Assembly (NCBI GenBank): GCA_038230695.1
Contig: JBBRMT010000003.1
Location: 1 to 54,247 of the forward strand
From: Chloroflexia bacterium
GTDB taxonomy: Bacteria > Chloroflexota > Chloroflexia > QHBQ01
Length of the DNA: 54,247 nucleotides
Reading direction: 5' to 3'
Shown here piece after piece: positions 1 to 10,500 of this stretch. Each line of letters begins with the position of its first letter. The stretch's first letter is position 1. The position numbers and the translations under genes are program-made. A model generated the notes under the pieces. The model saw nothing but the letters and a program-made list of their open reading frames with translations, did not search any database and was not told the DNA's origin.

Positions 1-618
1 ATCGCTAGCGTTACACCAATGCCTCAGCCCAGCGCGACAGATATACCTTCACCAGCGGTCAGCGCCACCCCCTGCAGCCAAAGCTATGCCGATGTAACCC
101 CCGAATACTGGGCCTACGGCTACATTCACTATCTCAGTTGCCGCGCTATCGTCAGCGGCTACCCCGATGGCCTGTTCCGCCCTGCCAATCCGATCAGCCG
201 CGCCGAGTTCAGCAAGATGCTGGCGTTGGGCTATGGCATGATCCTGCTCACCCCGGCGCAGCCGAGCTTCGCCGATGTGCCGCCCAGCTACTGGGCATTT
301 GCTTACATCGAGAGCTTGCACGCAGCGGGAGCGATCAGCGGCTACGCCGATGGCTTGTTCCACCCCAACGCCAGCATCAGCCGTGCCGAACTGGTGAAGA
401 TGAACGTGCTAGCCAGCGGGGTTGCTGCCTACAATGGCGCACTGGCCGACTATCCCGACGTGCTGCCCGGCTACTGGGCTTATGGCTACATCAAGACTGC
501 AACCTACAAGCAGTGGGTTGGTGGCTACCCCGACGGACTGTTCCACCCCGCCAGCGTTGCCAGCCGCGCCGAGTTGGCCAAGCTGTTGTACCTCAGCCTC
601 AGCTATCCGCGCCGCTGA
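1..618 (+). CDS. S-layer homology (SLH) domain protein, C-terminal part (5' truncated by window edge)
   Basis: Frame is open from base 1. Three SLH-type repeats (DV..YWAY.YI ... GY.DG.F.P...SRAE) follow a Pro/Thr linker. Confidence 0.85.
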   Translation: MASVTPMPQPSATDIPSPAVSATPCSQSYADVTPEYWAYGYIHYLSCRAIVSGYPDGLFRPANPISRAEFSKMLALGYGMILLTPAQPSFADVPPSYWAFAYIESLHAAGAISGYADGLFHPNASISRAELVKMNVLASGVAAYNGALADYPDVLPGYWAYGYIKTATYKQWVGGYPDGLFHPASVASRAELAKLLYLSLSYPRR

Positions 619-676
619 TAGCTAAAGGAAGGCGGTAATACTAAGGCGCGACCACAATGCGCCAAATAGTGGAGAG

Positions 677-1678
677 CTAGCCACAGGCAGGTGGGGTTGG
701 GATAGTAGTGGGTGTAACCGTTCCGCTGGGCAGTGGGGTAAGGGTTGTAGTCGCCGACGGGGTGGGGCTGGTTGCGGCAGGGGCAGGCGTGTTGGCGATA
801 GCAGTGGCCGTAGCCGTCACCGTGCAGGTAGGCAGCGCTGTGCTACTCGGCGTGGAGGTTATGGTCGCGCTCGGTGTTGCGGTGTCAGTTGGTGGCAACG
901 GCGTTTCCGTCTGCGTCGCAGTGGGAGGCAGCGGCGTTTCCGTCTCCGTGGCGGTAGGTGGCAGCGGGGTGCTGGTTTGGGTCGCCGTGGGCGGTAGCGG
1001 TGTATTGGTGGCAGGCAAGGGTGTGTTGCTAGGCGGCAGCGCAGTATTAGTGGCCGCTGGCGGGCTGGTCGGCGAAGGGGGCGGGGTGTTCGTCGGCGTA
1101 GGGCGCGGCGTTACGCTCGGCGGCGCTATATACGATTGTGGGGTGGCCGATGGCGACAGCGGTGGAGGTGGCGGCGCGGGTGTGTCAGTCGGTGCCGGGG
1201 TATTGGTGATCGCCAAAGGCGTATCGGTGAGAATAGCTGGCGTATCGCTGGGCAGCATGGTAATGGTTGCCAGGGGATTGAGGCCAGCGGGCGTGCTAGT
1301 GGGCAGTTCAAGGACCTGCGGAGTGCTGGTGTCGGGCATATTCACCGTCGGGCTGGGGAACGAGGTGGGCGTGGCGGTCATAAAGCCGGTGATGATTATA
1401 TGCTGGCTCGATTTGGGACTAAGCAGCAGCCACAGCCCGATTAGCATGAGCAGCAGCACACCCAATGCGGCTAGCATATACTGCCAGCGCAGCCGCCCGG
1501 TGCCTACTGTGGCGCTGGACTGCACAACAGGATATTCACTGGATTGCGCGACCGGATACCCACTGGATAGCGGTGGTGTGCCGAAGCCGCTCTGCTCCGG
1601 CACATCGTAATCCGGCCCCGGCGCGGGGTTGATCTCGGTCAGGTCTTCCGGTTCAAGGTTGGGGTCACGTTCGTTCAT
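677..1678 (-). CDS. Single-pass membrane protein with long Pro/Thr-rich (mucin-like) extracellular tail
   Basis: Acidic N-terminus, GTGRLRWQY motif, one hydrophobic helix, then PPT(N/A)T-type repeats. Paralog of 1742-2710. Confidence 0.75.
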   Translation of the reverse strand: MNERDPNLEPEDLTEINPAPGPDYDVPEQSGFGTPPLSSGYPVAQSSEYPVVQSSATVGTGRLRWQYMLAALGVLLLMLIGLWLLLSPKSSQHIIITGFMTATPTSFPSPTVNMPDTSTPQVLELPTSTPAGLNPLATITMLPSDTPAILTDTPLAITNTPAPTDTPAPPPPPLSPSATPQSYIAPPSVTPRPTPTNTPPPSPTSPPAATNTALPPSNTPLPATNTPLPPTATQTSTPLPPTATETETPLPPTATQTETPLPPTDTATPSATITSTPSSTALPTCTVTATATAIANTPAPAATSPTPSATTTLTPLPSGTVTPTTIPTPPACG

Positions 1679-1684
1679 AGGCGG

Positions 1685-1693
1685 ATTATAACA
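1685..1693 (-). promoter_or_regulatory. Extended -10 element (TGtTATAAT) 6 nt upstream of the ATG at 1678; possible leaderless promoter
   Basis: Minus strand reads TGTTATAAT-CCGCCT-ATG, with no Shine-Dalgarno visible. Confidence 0.45.
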
Positions 1694-1741
1694 TAAGCAG
1701 CGGTGATCTGCTTTATAGGGCGCGATGCAGCCAGCGATGGG

Positions 1742-2710
1742 CTACTTGCAGGCAGCAGTGGGCGTAGCGGTTGGCCCTGCAGTGGGGCTGCCATTAGGCG
1801 TAACGGTCAGGGTTGCCGTAGCAGTGGGCAAGGGTGTAACCGATAGGTCAAGTGGCACGGTTGGCGTGCTGCTCGGCGTGGCGCAGGTAGGTAGCGCGGG
1901 CGAGGTTGCAGTTGCAGGCAGCGGCGTATTGGTTGGCGCAAGCGTCGGCGCTGGCGTGTCGCTGGGCGGCAGCGGGGTGTTGCTGGGTGGCAGCGGTGTA
2001 TTAGTGGGTGGCAGCGGTGTATTAGTGGGTGGCAGCGGCGTATCAGTTGCCGGTGGGTTGGTGGGCGCAGGCGTGTCGCTGGGCGGAGGTGGCGCAGTCA
2101 CTAGCACGGTAATCGTGATTGGCGGCGCGGCGGTCGGGGTGGCGGCTAGAACCGTCACCGTGATGACGATCGGCAGCGGTGTATCAATGGCTGGCGCGGC
2201 AGTTGCGGGCGGGAGCGTAATGGTTGCCTGCCCGCTTAGGTTGGCGGGGGTGCTGGTGATCAAATCAAGCGGCAAAGTGGTGCTGCTGATCACCAGGTTA
2301 GCGGTGGGGCTAGCGAAGGGAGTAGCGGTGGCTGAGATGCCAGCCGCGTTCTGTTTGCCTTTGTTGAGCAGGAAGAGGACAAGGATAATGATGAGCAGCA
2401 GGGCGGCGAGTGCAGCAAACATATACTGCCAGCGCAGCCGTCCGGTGCCGCTCATGCTACGAACTACCGCCTGTTGATTCTGCAGCGGTTGAGGAGGTGG
2501 CGGCGGGGTGGTATGACTGGTTTGCACCACGCGGGTTTGTTCGCCGCTAATAGGATTGACCCGCGTCGCGTCCAACTGCTGGTATTGATCGCCAGTAGGG
2601 GTGTTGATCTGGGTCTGCTCGATGCGCTGCGTCGCGCCGGAGTCGGCGGGGTTCAGCGGGTCAAGCGGGTCGAGCGGATCAGGAGGTGGGTTGCTGTTTA
2701 TATTATTCAT
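1742..2710 (-). CDS. Single-pass membrane protein with Pro/Thr-rich tail (paralog of 677-1678)
   Basis: SGTGRLRWQY + TM helix + ATPFASPT + PPTNTPL repeats. Confidence 0.75.
   Translation of the reverse strand: MNNINSNPPPDPLDPLDPLNPADSGATQRIEQTQINTPTGDQYQQLDATRVNPISGEQTRVVQTSHTTPPPPPQPLQNQQAVVRSMSGTGRLRWQYMFAALAALLLIIILVLFLLNKGKQNAAGISATATPFASPTANLVISSTTLPLDLITSTPANLSGQATITLPPATAAPAIDTPLPIVITVTVLAATPTAAPPITITVLVTAPPPPSDTPAPTNPPATDTPLPPTNTPLPPTNTPLPPSNTPLPPSDTPAPTLAPTNTPLPATATSPALPTCATPSSTPTVPLDLSVTPLPTATATLTVTPNGSPTAGPTATPTAACK
1966..2045. repeat. 21-bp coding tandem repeat (about 4 copies) encoding PP(T/S)NTPL
   Basis: GGCAGCGGTGTATTAGTGGGT repeated. Confidence 0.7.
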
Positions 2711-2755
2711 AGCAACCTATACAACACCTTCGGCGCGGGTTTGTTACGCAATTGC

Positions 2756-3955
2756 TTACACGATCAACATGGCATCGCCGAAGCTATAGAAGCGATAGCC
2801 TTCGCGGATAGCCTGATCGTAAGCGTCCATAATGCGTTCGCGGCCTGCGAAGGCGCTGACCAGGGCCAGCAAGGTGCTGCGTGGAAGATGAAAGTTGGTA
2901 ATCATCGCCTCGGTCAAACGGAACTGATAGCCGGGGTAGATGAACAGGCGCGTCCAACCCTCCTGAGACTGCAGATTGGCGGTGGATTGGGATTGGGTCA
3001 TATCGGTAGGGGCAGGATTTACTCCCCTATCATAGGATTGCAGATTAGGGATAGCGGCGTAATCTATGCCAGCTTCAGCCACTGGTACACCCTGCTGGGC
3101 CAGGGCATAGCTCTCCAACACGCGCACGCTGGTGGTGCCAACCGCGACGATGCGCCCGCCCGCTGCGTGGGTAGCGTTGATCGCTTCAGCGGTGGCAGAG
3201 GGCAATTCGTACCATTCAGCGTGCATCTTGTGGCTCTCCAGCCGCTCCTCGCTGACGGGACGAAAGGTGTCGAGGCCGACGTGCAGGGTGACTGTGGCGA
3301 AGCCGATGCCTTGACCGCGCAACTCTTCGAGCAAACGGGGGGTGAAGTGTAGGCCAGCAGTAGGTGCAGCGGCGCTGCCGGGGGTGTGGGCGTATACAGT
3401 CTGGTAACGGTCGGGTTCGTCCAGCGGGGTGTGGATATAGGGGGGGAGCGGCATTACGCCAAGTTCGTCGAGCAGCGGCTCGATCGGCTGATCGAAGCGA
3501 ATAATGCGTGCGCCAGTTTCGTCGCTGGCGCGAGCGGCGACCTCGGCGAAAGCGTGAACCCCATCTTGGGTGGGCCACACCCGTCGTGCCTTATCGGGAC
3601 CTTGCTGCCACTCGCGTGCGCCGCTGAAGATTAGCCGCACGCCGGGGCGCAGGCTGCGGCCAGGGCGCACCAGCGCCTCCCATCTTACCTCATCGAGCTT
3701 GCGGAGCAGCAACACTTCGACTCCACCGCCGCTATCCAGTTTCTGTCCATACAGGCGGGCGGGCAGCACTTTGCTCTCGTTGGCAACCAGCAGATCGCCA
3801 GGGCGCAGGTAAGCGCCGATCTCGCGGAAGTGGCGATGCTCAATCTTGCCGTTATCGCGCTGCAGCACGAGCAGGCGCGAGGCATCGCGTGGTTCGAGCG
3901 GGGTCTGGGCGATTAGCTCTTCGGGTAGCGTATAATCGAAATCAGCAACGCGCAT
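2756..3955 (-). CDS. queA: S-adenosylmethionine:tRNA ribosyltransferase-isomerase
   Basis: DFDYTLPEELIAQTP, PLPPYI, YQTVYA..GSAAAPTAGLHFT, VAVGTTSVRVLES, TNFHLPRSTL and YRFYSFGDAMLI motifs. Carries two short insertions. Confidence 0.97.
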   Translation of the reverse strand: MRVADFDYTLPEELIAQTPLEPRDASRLLVLQRDNGKIEHRHFREIGAYLRPGDLLVANESKVLPARLYGQKLDSGGGVEVLLLRKLDEVRWEALVRPGRSLRPGVRLIFSGAREWQQGPDKARRVWPTQDGVHAFAEVAARASDETGARIIRFDQPIEPLLDELGVMPLPPYIHTPLDEPDRYQTVYAHTPGSAAAPTAGLHFTPRLLEELRGQGIGFATVTLHVGLDTFRPVSEERLESHKMHAEWYELPSATAEAINATHAAGGRIVAVGTTSVRVLESYALAQQGVPVAEAGIDYAAIPNLQSYDRGVNPAPTDMTQSQSTANLQSQEGWTRLFIYPGYQFRLTEAMITNFHLPRSTLLALVSAFAGRERIMDAYDQAIREGYRFYSFGDAMLIV

Positions 3956-3962
3956 AGGTTAT

Positions 3963-6900
3963 TTAGCCACCATTTTTAGCGGGCTTTCCGGGATTTGGCA
4001 CTGGTGTATTGGCAGGCGGGGCCGCCTGACCGCCATTGTTTGCACCGCCATTGGGCTGGGCAGTAGCGCCGCCGCCACTATTGCCTGAGTTGCCGCCATT
4101 GCCATTATTGGAGTAGCCATTACCTGTGCCAGTACCGTTGTCGCCAGTTGCCGGAGGTGGTGTCGGCCTGTAGATGGGAACATCACCCGCGTAGCCCCGC
4201 ACCTTATTCTGCGGCGGATCCTGATAGCCTTTGCAACTGGTTGGCACCTTGCCTGCGATGAAGTAGTCGGTAATATCACCCCGCGCCTGGGTGCAGACGG
4301 TTGCCCTAACTACATCGGCGGGCTTGCTAAAATCGCTGGCGAGGGTCTGATTGGGCAGATTGTAGGAGATTATCTGCTTGAAACTGGGATTGGCGTAGAA
4401 GCTCTCCATAAAATCGTGCCAGATATAGGCCGCGCCCAATGCGCCGGTAACAGACTTCATTTGTGAGTTGTCGTTGTTGCCAACCCAAACCCCGGCGACC
4501 AGGTTGGGGGTATAACCCATGGTCCAGCTATCGCGGTTATCGTCGGTGGTGCCGGTTTTGGCGGCGGCGGGGAAACTGAGATGCAGCGGGCTGGTGAGGC
4601 CGAATTCGCGGCTGCGGGCTTGATTATCGCTGAGGATGCTGGCTATCTGGTAGGCAATACCAGGGTCGAGTACCTGCTTACCCTGCACGTTGGGATCAAC
4701 CGCCTGCAAAACGTTGCCGCGACTATCGGTCATCTTCAGGATGGGGGTAGCATCTACCTCGCGCCCACCATTTGCGAAGGTGGCGTAGGCGTTGGTCTCC
4801 TCCAGCAGTGTCACTTCGCCGCCGCCCAGGGCCAGGCTAAGGCCATACCAATCTGGTGAGCGATAAAGACCGTTCTTGATGCCCATACTATGCGCCAGGT
4901 CGAGGACATTCTGGATGCCCGCAAACTGCAACGCCTTCACCGCCGGGATGTTGAAGCTGTTCGCCAGCGCCGTACGCACCGTAACCCAGCCATGGTTCAG
5001 ACTATCATAGTTGTGCGGCTCATAGGGTTTGGCCGAGCGGTAGCCAAACTGGGTATCCACATCGAGGATCGAAGTGGTGGGGTTCCAGCCCTGCTGGAAA
5101 GCAGCAGCGTAGACAATTGGCTTGAGGGAGGAGCCGGGCTGACGTTCGCGGGTGGCGACGTTTACCTGACCGTCAATCGCAGTGTTGTTGTAATCCACGC
5201 TGCCCACCATCGCCAGAATCTCGCCGGTATCCGGCTTCATCACTACCATTGCGGCATTAGTGGCCGACAATTCTTTCAGCGCCGAAACGCGGGAAACGGC
5301 GGCCCGCTCGGCCTCGGCTTGAACCCGCAGGTCGAGGGTGGTGGTAACTACCAGGCCGCCGCGGCTGACCACATCGGGGCCGTATTGTGCGTCAAGATAC
5401 TCCTTCACATATTGCACAAAATGGGGAGCCTTGACATCCACTTTGGCCGGATGCAGGACAATGGGGGTGGCTTCTGCGGCCTGCTCCTGCTGCGCGTTAA
5501 CATAGCCAGCTTTCTGCATCGAGTGCAGCACAATAACCTGTCTCCTCTTGGCAAGGTCGAAGTTCTGGGTGGGGTCATAGTCGGAGGGCGATTGGGGTAG
5601 GCCCGCCAGCAAGGCCGCTTCGGGCAGGGTCAGTTCGCTGGCGTGTATGCCGAAGTACGATGCGCTAGCCGCCTCGATGCCATAAGCAAGGTTGCCGTAG
5701 TAGATCTGGTTGAGATACATCTCCAGGATTTGGTCTTTGCTGTATGCCTGGGTTAGCTGCACCGCCAGGATCGCCTCTTTGATCTTACGGGCAAAGGTGA
5801 CATCGTAACGCTGATCGGTTAGCAGCACATCACGGGCCAACTGCTGGGTGATGGTGCTTGCGCCAGATGTGCCACGCCCGCTAAAGTTGATAAATACTGC
5901 ACGAACGATTGCAGTCACGTCCACGCCGGGGTTGCTGTAGAAGCTGGGATCCTCGGTGGCAACGGTTGCCTCAGTTAGATACTTGGAGATTTTACTAAGT
6001 GGCTCATAGGTGCGGCGGCCCTGGTCGAAAATCTCGGCAAGCAGGATGCCGTTGCGGTCGTAAATGCGAGTGGTCTCAAAATTGGAGCCGCTGCTGCCCA
6101 GGTTGTTGACGCTGGGCAGATCGCGGGCATAGACAAAGTACCCGCCCACCAACCCGCCGACAACCGCGCCGAAGGTGATGAAGAATAGCAGGGCAAGGGT
6201 GATGAATATACGCAGACCTCCGCCACCCTTCTTTGGCTCCGCGCCGCGCTGCCGCATCAGGAAGATGGGATAACGGTGGTCGCTGGTGGATGGGCGACGG
6301 CCGGGCCAGGCACGGTGGACGGCGGTAGCAAGATGCGGTGTGCCTGCTAGCGCAGCGGCAGCGATGCGTCGCTCTTGCAGCGCCTCTAGCCGGGGTGAGT
6401 GGCTTACCAGTCTCGCGCCGTGCTTCACCCCGGTGTGCGATAGCGGGTATCGGCGGGGGCGGGCGTTAGGGCTGAGTGCTGTGTGTTGTGTGCTGTGTGC
6501 TGTGTTGAGTGCTGGGGACTGAGGACTGAGTTCCTCGTCGTCAGTTAGAGCTTCATATATTGACGTGGTTGCGGCAATAGCGGCATAATTACTAGAGCCA
6601 TTGCCATTATGGCCGTTGCCGTTGCCGTTACCGTGAACCGAGGGTACGATGTATTGGCCGCCTATTGAAGTTGCGGGTGAAGGGCCATTGCCGTTGACTG
6701 AAGGCACAGCCAATTGCCCATCAATCAAGCTATCTTCAGAATGAGCGTTGCCGTTGGTTGCGGGTGCAAGCGGAGTTTCCAGCCCAGCCGTGGCATACCG
6801 ATTAGCTTCGGGTGCGGGCAGGTCTGCTGGCGTAGCAGCGGTGATGGGGATGACTGCAGTATCGTTACGTTCCGGCGGATCATTGGCAATTATCGCGCTG

Positions 6901-7055
6901 GGGTTAGCCGCAATTGATTGGTCGGCGGCCAGCGGGGCAGGCTCATTCTGCCTACCCGCCGCTGGTGCGGATGCGACAATCGGCAGCACGGCGGTGTTCA
7001 CCCCGGTTTGCCGCGCTGCGGTTCGCTTCTGCTTTTTGCTGTTACTTTTGGACAA
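3963..7055 (-). CDS. Class A penicillin-binding protein (PBP1A family) with long disordered N-terminal extension
   Basis: Transglycosylase motifs (ATED.SFY, GASTITQQL, RKIKE, KDQILEMYLN) and transpeptidase motifs (SSLK, SFN, KTG). AGGAG RBS precedes the TTG at 7055. Confidence 0.93.
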   Translation of the reverse strand: MSKSNSKKQKRTAARQTGVNTAVLPIVASAPAAGRQNEPAPLAADQSIAANPSAIIANDPPERNDTAVIPITAATPADLPAPEANRYATAGLETPLAPATNGNAHSEDSLIDGQLAVPSVNGNGPSPATSIGGQYIVPSVHGNGNGNGHNGNGSSNYAAIAATTSIYEALTDDEELSPQSPALNTAHSTQHTALSPNARPRRYPLSHTGVKHGARLVSHSPRLEALQERRIAAAALAGTPHLATAVHRAWPGRRPSTSDHRYPIFLMRQRGAEPKKGGGGLRIFITLALLFFITFGAVVGGLVGGYFVYARDLPSVNNLGSSGSNFETTRIYDRNGILLAEIFDQGRRTYEPLSKISKYLTEATVATEDPSFYSNPGVDVTAIVRAVFINFSGRGTSGASTITQQLARDVLLTDQRYDVTFARKIKEAILAVQLTQAYSKDQILEMYLNQIYYGNLAYGIEAASASYFGIHASELTLPEAALLAGLPQSPSDYDPTQNFDLAKRRQVIVLHSMQKAGYVNAQQEQAAEATPIVLHPAKVDVKAPHFVQYVKEYLDAQYGPDVVSRGGLVVTTTLDLRVQAEAERAAVSRVSALKELSATNAAMVVMKPDTGEILAMVGSVDYNNTAIDGQVNVATRERQPGSSLKPIVYAAAFQQGWNPTTSILDVDTQFGYRSAKPYEPHNYDSLNHGWVTVRTALANSFNIPAVKALQFAGIQNVLDLAHSMGIKNGLYRSPDWYGLSLALGGGEVTLLEETNAYATFANGGREVDATPILKMTDSRGNVLQAVDPNVQGKQVLDPGIAYQIASILSDNQARSREFGLTSPLHLSFPAAAKTGTTDDNRDSWTMGYTPNLVAGVWVGNNDNSQMKSVTGALGAAYIWHDFMESFYANPSFKQIISYNLPNQTLASDFSKPADVVRATVCTQARGDITDYFIAGKVPTSCKGYQDPPQNKVRGYAGDVPIYRPTPPPATGDNGTGTGNGYSNNGNGGNSGNSGGGATAQPNGGANNGGQAAPPANTPVPNPGKPAKNGG

Positions 7056-7441
7056 TGCCTAAACTCCTGTTCCAGATTAACACAACATTGGCGCATTACG
7101 CCGTCATTATATAACGAAATACCATGTTTATAAGTTACAATGTAGTGTAACTACGGATTTAACAATCCAACAATGCAAGCGCCTTATTATAACCGCTGAA
7201 GGACAAACAGGCAAGGTTGAAACCGGTGTGCGTCACATTCTTGCAAAGGAGACATTCGGAGGAGCGAGCAACAGTTCGCCCTAGTTGGATAAGCAAGACG
7301 TGAGGAACATTGGAATATTTGACAAATGCAAAACGGTAAGGCGGGTGGTAAGGTGATCGGTGTATTATGCTGCGCATGGTACGTGTTAATCCAACCGGCA
7401 CTTTTGCAATATAAATCCCAGTTTTACGGCTATAAGAAGTG

Positions 7442-7478
7442 GTGTGTAGCCAGCCGGAGGCAGAGCCTGGCTACACAC
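7442..7478 (+). promoter_or_regulatory. 12-bp perfect stem-loop in the presumed 5' leader of the large SLH gene
   Basis: GTGTGTAGCCAG-13nt-CTGGCTACACAC; no U-tract follows it on the + strand. Confidence 0.45.
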
Positions 7479-7507
7479 AATCAAGCGATAGAACGGAGAA
7501 GAGAAAA

Positions 7508-10500
7508 GTGAACAAACGACAGGCAGGGGCGAAGTGGCTGAACCTGCTACTGGTCAGCATGATGATCATGGCGGTGGTGGGCGGGTTGCCCGCCAGCGCC
7601 GCTCCCAGCGCCCAACCGAGCAGCCAACTGGCGGACCAACCCCCTACCGCCAACCACAGTGTAAATGCTGCGCCCGTCACCCTGGCTCATGAAGATAGCC
7701 GCCTGCCCGCCCCCCTGGCTAGCACGGCGGCAGCAGCGACGCTTACCCACGAGGACAGCCGCCTACCCGCCAGCGCGATGCGCCCTGCCACCTTCCACAC
7801 ACCGGTGGTTGATGGGGTGATCAACGCGGGCGAATACGGCAGCGATGTTAACGGTCAGAATCAGCAGACCAGTGGCAGTACGGTCTGGCACATGACCTGG
7901 GATGCCACCAACCTCTATATCGCGATCAGCGGCGCGAACGTTGGTGAGGGCGCAGTCGTCTACATAGACAACCATCCGCTCACCCCCATCAACGGTGGCA
8001 CCAATGCAGACGGCACCAACGTGGGTTATAACTACGATGGCACCAACTTCGCCGCCTTGCAGTTCCGCGCCGATTTCGTTACCTACATCAAGAGCAGCTA
8101 CCGCGAGTATCGCACCGCCAACGGCGCGAACGGCTGGTCGGGGCCAACCGCCGGTTATGGCAGCTACGCCGACAACAGTGGCACGAACACCCGCGAACTC
8201 GCCATCCCCTGGACCGCAATCAACGCCAGTGGTCTGCCGAGCAGCTTCGCCTGGTTTGGCTATATCACCAGCCCCGGCGGCTTTGTCTACGGCCCTGCAC
8301 CAACCGCCAATGCAGGTGGTACGATAGGCGCTAGCGCCCGCTATGAGCGTTACTACGCGGTGAACGACACCAGCAACACCAGCAATGCCACCTACCCCTT
8401 CGCTCACGACAGCTACGTGTTCAACAACACCGCCAACGAGAGCAACTTCGGCGCTATTAGCGTCTGGGACTTCACCATGAACTCGCCCGGCCTGAGCATC
8501 ATCCGCACCAGCGGTGGGGGTGGACAGTGGAACATTGCCGATTATCTGCGGGTAGACAACGGCAGCGTCGGCTTCGGCACAGCCACCACCCCAGCGATAG
8601 TCGGCGGCGATGTGTACATGGGCAGCAACGGCAGCATCACTCTCTCTACTGCAATTGGCGGCGACATCAGCATCGGCGGCAACTTCACCGATGTCAACAC
8701 CTCTGGTCCCTGGCAGCCACAGAACCGCACCGTCACCTTCGATGGGGTTACAACCCAGACCATCACCCTCGGTACGCTCAACAACCTCTACGAGAATATG
8801 CCCTACCTGGTGGTCGCCACCCCCCTGCTCAACTGCGTGCGTGGCAACGGCCTCTCCATCGCCTACACTCTAACCATCAACGCGGGAGCCGACTTCGCCC
8901 CCGATTGCCAGATCTTCGCGGGCAGCGACATCGTCAATAATGGCACGCTTGCCCCCAGCTACTCCTTCCAGATGTACAACTACGATAGCCTGCTGCACAC
9001 TTTCACCAACAACGCCAGTTTCCTACCTACCGGCCCCAACTTCGACTTGCAAGGCTTCACCGATAACGACTTCCTGGTGGTCAACAATGCGGGCGGCAAC
9101 TTCAACGCTGGTGTCGCTGGCACCCAGTTCCGCATCTACGGCAATACTACTTTCACTGGCACCAATCTGTATTTCGGCAACCTGTACATCAACAACAGCC
9201 CCGCCAACAACGTGCTGACCGGCACCAACGGCACTATCTTTATAAGCAGCTACTTCAACGCCTACGGCACCTATCGTGGACAGAGCGGCACCGTCGTCTT
9301 CAATGGCAACGCCAGCCTGTTCAGCTCCGCCGGCGGCGACATTCAGTTGCACGACATCAGCGTGCCATCCGGTAACTCCATGGCGATGGGCCTCAGCGGC
9401 GCACTGCTGAAGGTTGACGGCAATATCAGCAACCTGGGGGCGATCAGCGACCTCACCAATGTGGATGCGGTCAACTTCAATGGCAGCACCGCAATTACTG
9501 GCGGAGGCGCTACCCAGTTCGGCTCAGTCAACATCTCAAGTACACTTACTGCGCCCAGCAACGTGATGAACGTTACCGGCAGCTTTACCAACACCGGCAC
9601 CTTCACTGCTAACGGCGGCACCGTGTATATGAGCGGCAATGGCAACAGCCACAATCTTGCCCTCAATGTGCCGACCACCTTCAACAACCTCACCGTTGAC
9701 ACCAACGCGCTGCTAATCGAAACCGTTTCCGCTAACAACGCCACCGTTGCTGGCACCCTCAGCAACCTCGGTACCATCCAAAAGACGCAGAGCGTCTCTG
9801 GCGGCGGCAACGTAGACTTCGGCCTCACGGCGGTCAGCATGAATGTGACCACTGTAGGCAACCTCACTAAGCTCCAGATTGATCGGGTTGACCGTAATCA
9901 CCCCAATGCGCCGCCCAACATTCAGACTGGGCGTTACTGGGGCATCTCTACCGGCACACTAGGGTCTAATCCCCACGGGTTTAGCGGCATGGTGGACCTC
10001 ACCCTGTTCCACAACAATGTTCCCAACCCGCAAGCCTGCCAGTATACCGGCTTCGGCACGAACTGGAACTGCGCCGCCAACTCCTATACCAGCAGCACAG
10101 TTACTCGCAATGCGGTTGACGCTAACACCCTGATGAGTATATGGGCGGTTGGCTCGCCGTTGCCCACTGTCACACCGACCATTCCACCAACCGATACCCC
10201 GACCGATACGCCAACCGATACCCCGACCGCCACAGCGACTCTCACCAATAGCCTGCCCACCGCAATTCCCAGCGACACAGTAGTTCCCAGCCCCACTCCG
10301 TGTAGCCCTGAGCAGGTGCAGAATGGTGGGTTTGAAACGGGAGACTTTACTGGCTGGACCGTAAATGGCACCAATGGTCCGCCAGCGGTATATAACTTCA
10401 ACCCTCATACTGGCACTTACTCTGCGGCGCTAGGCGATCTACCGCTAAATCGGCGCACCGGCAAAGGCGCGTCTCCGAGCGGCCCAGTTCCGGGATCCAG

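Noticed and set aside
708-2477. Long Val/Gly-rich plus-strand ORFs (708-1610, 1725-2477)
   Set aside because: They are antisense shadows of the Pro/Thr-rich genes. The same applies to 11386-11889, 30092-31420 and 34071-34829.
7060-7500. Riboswitch or ncRNA in the long intergenic region
   Set aside because: I could recognise no known aptamer consensus, only one hairpin. An Rfam/Infernal scan would be needed to settle it.
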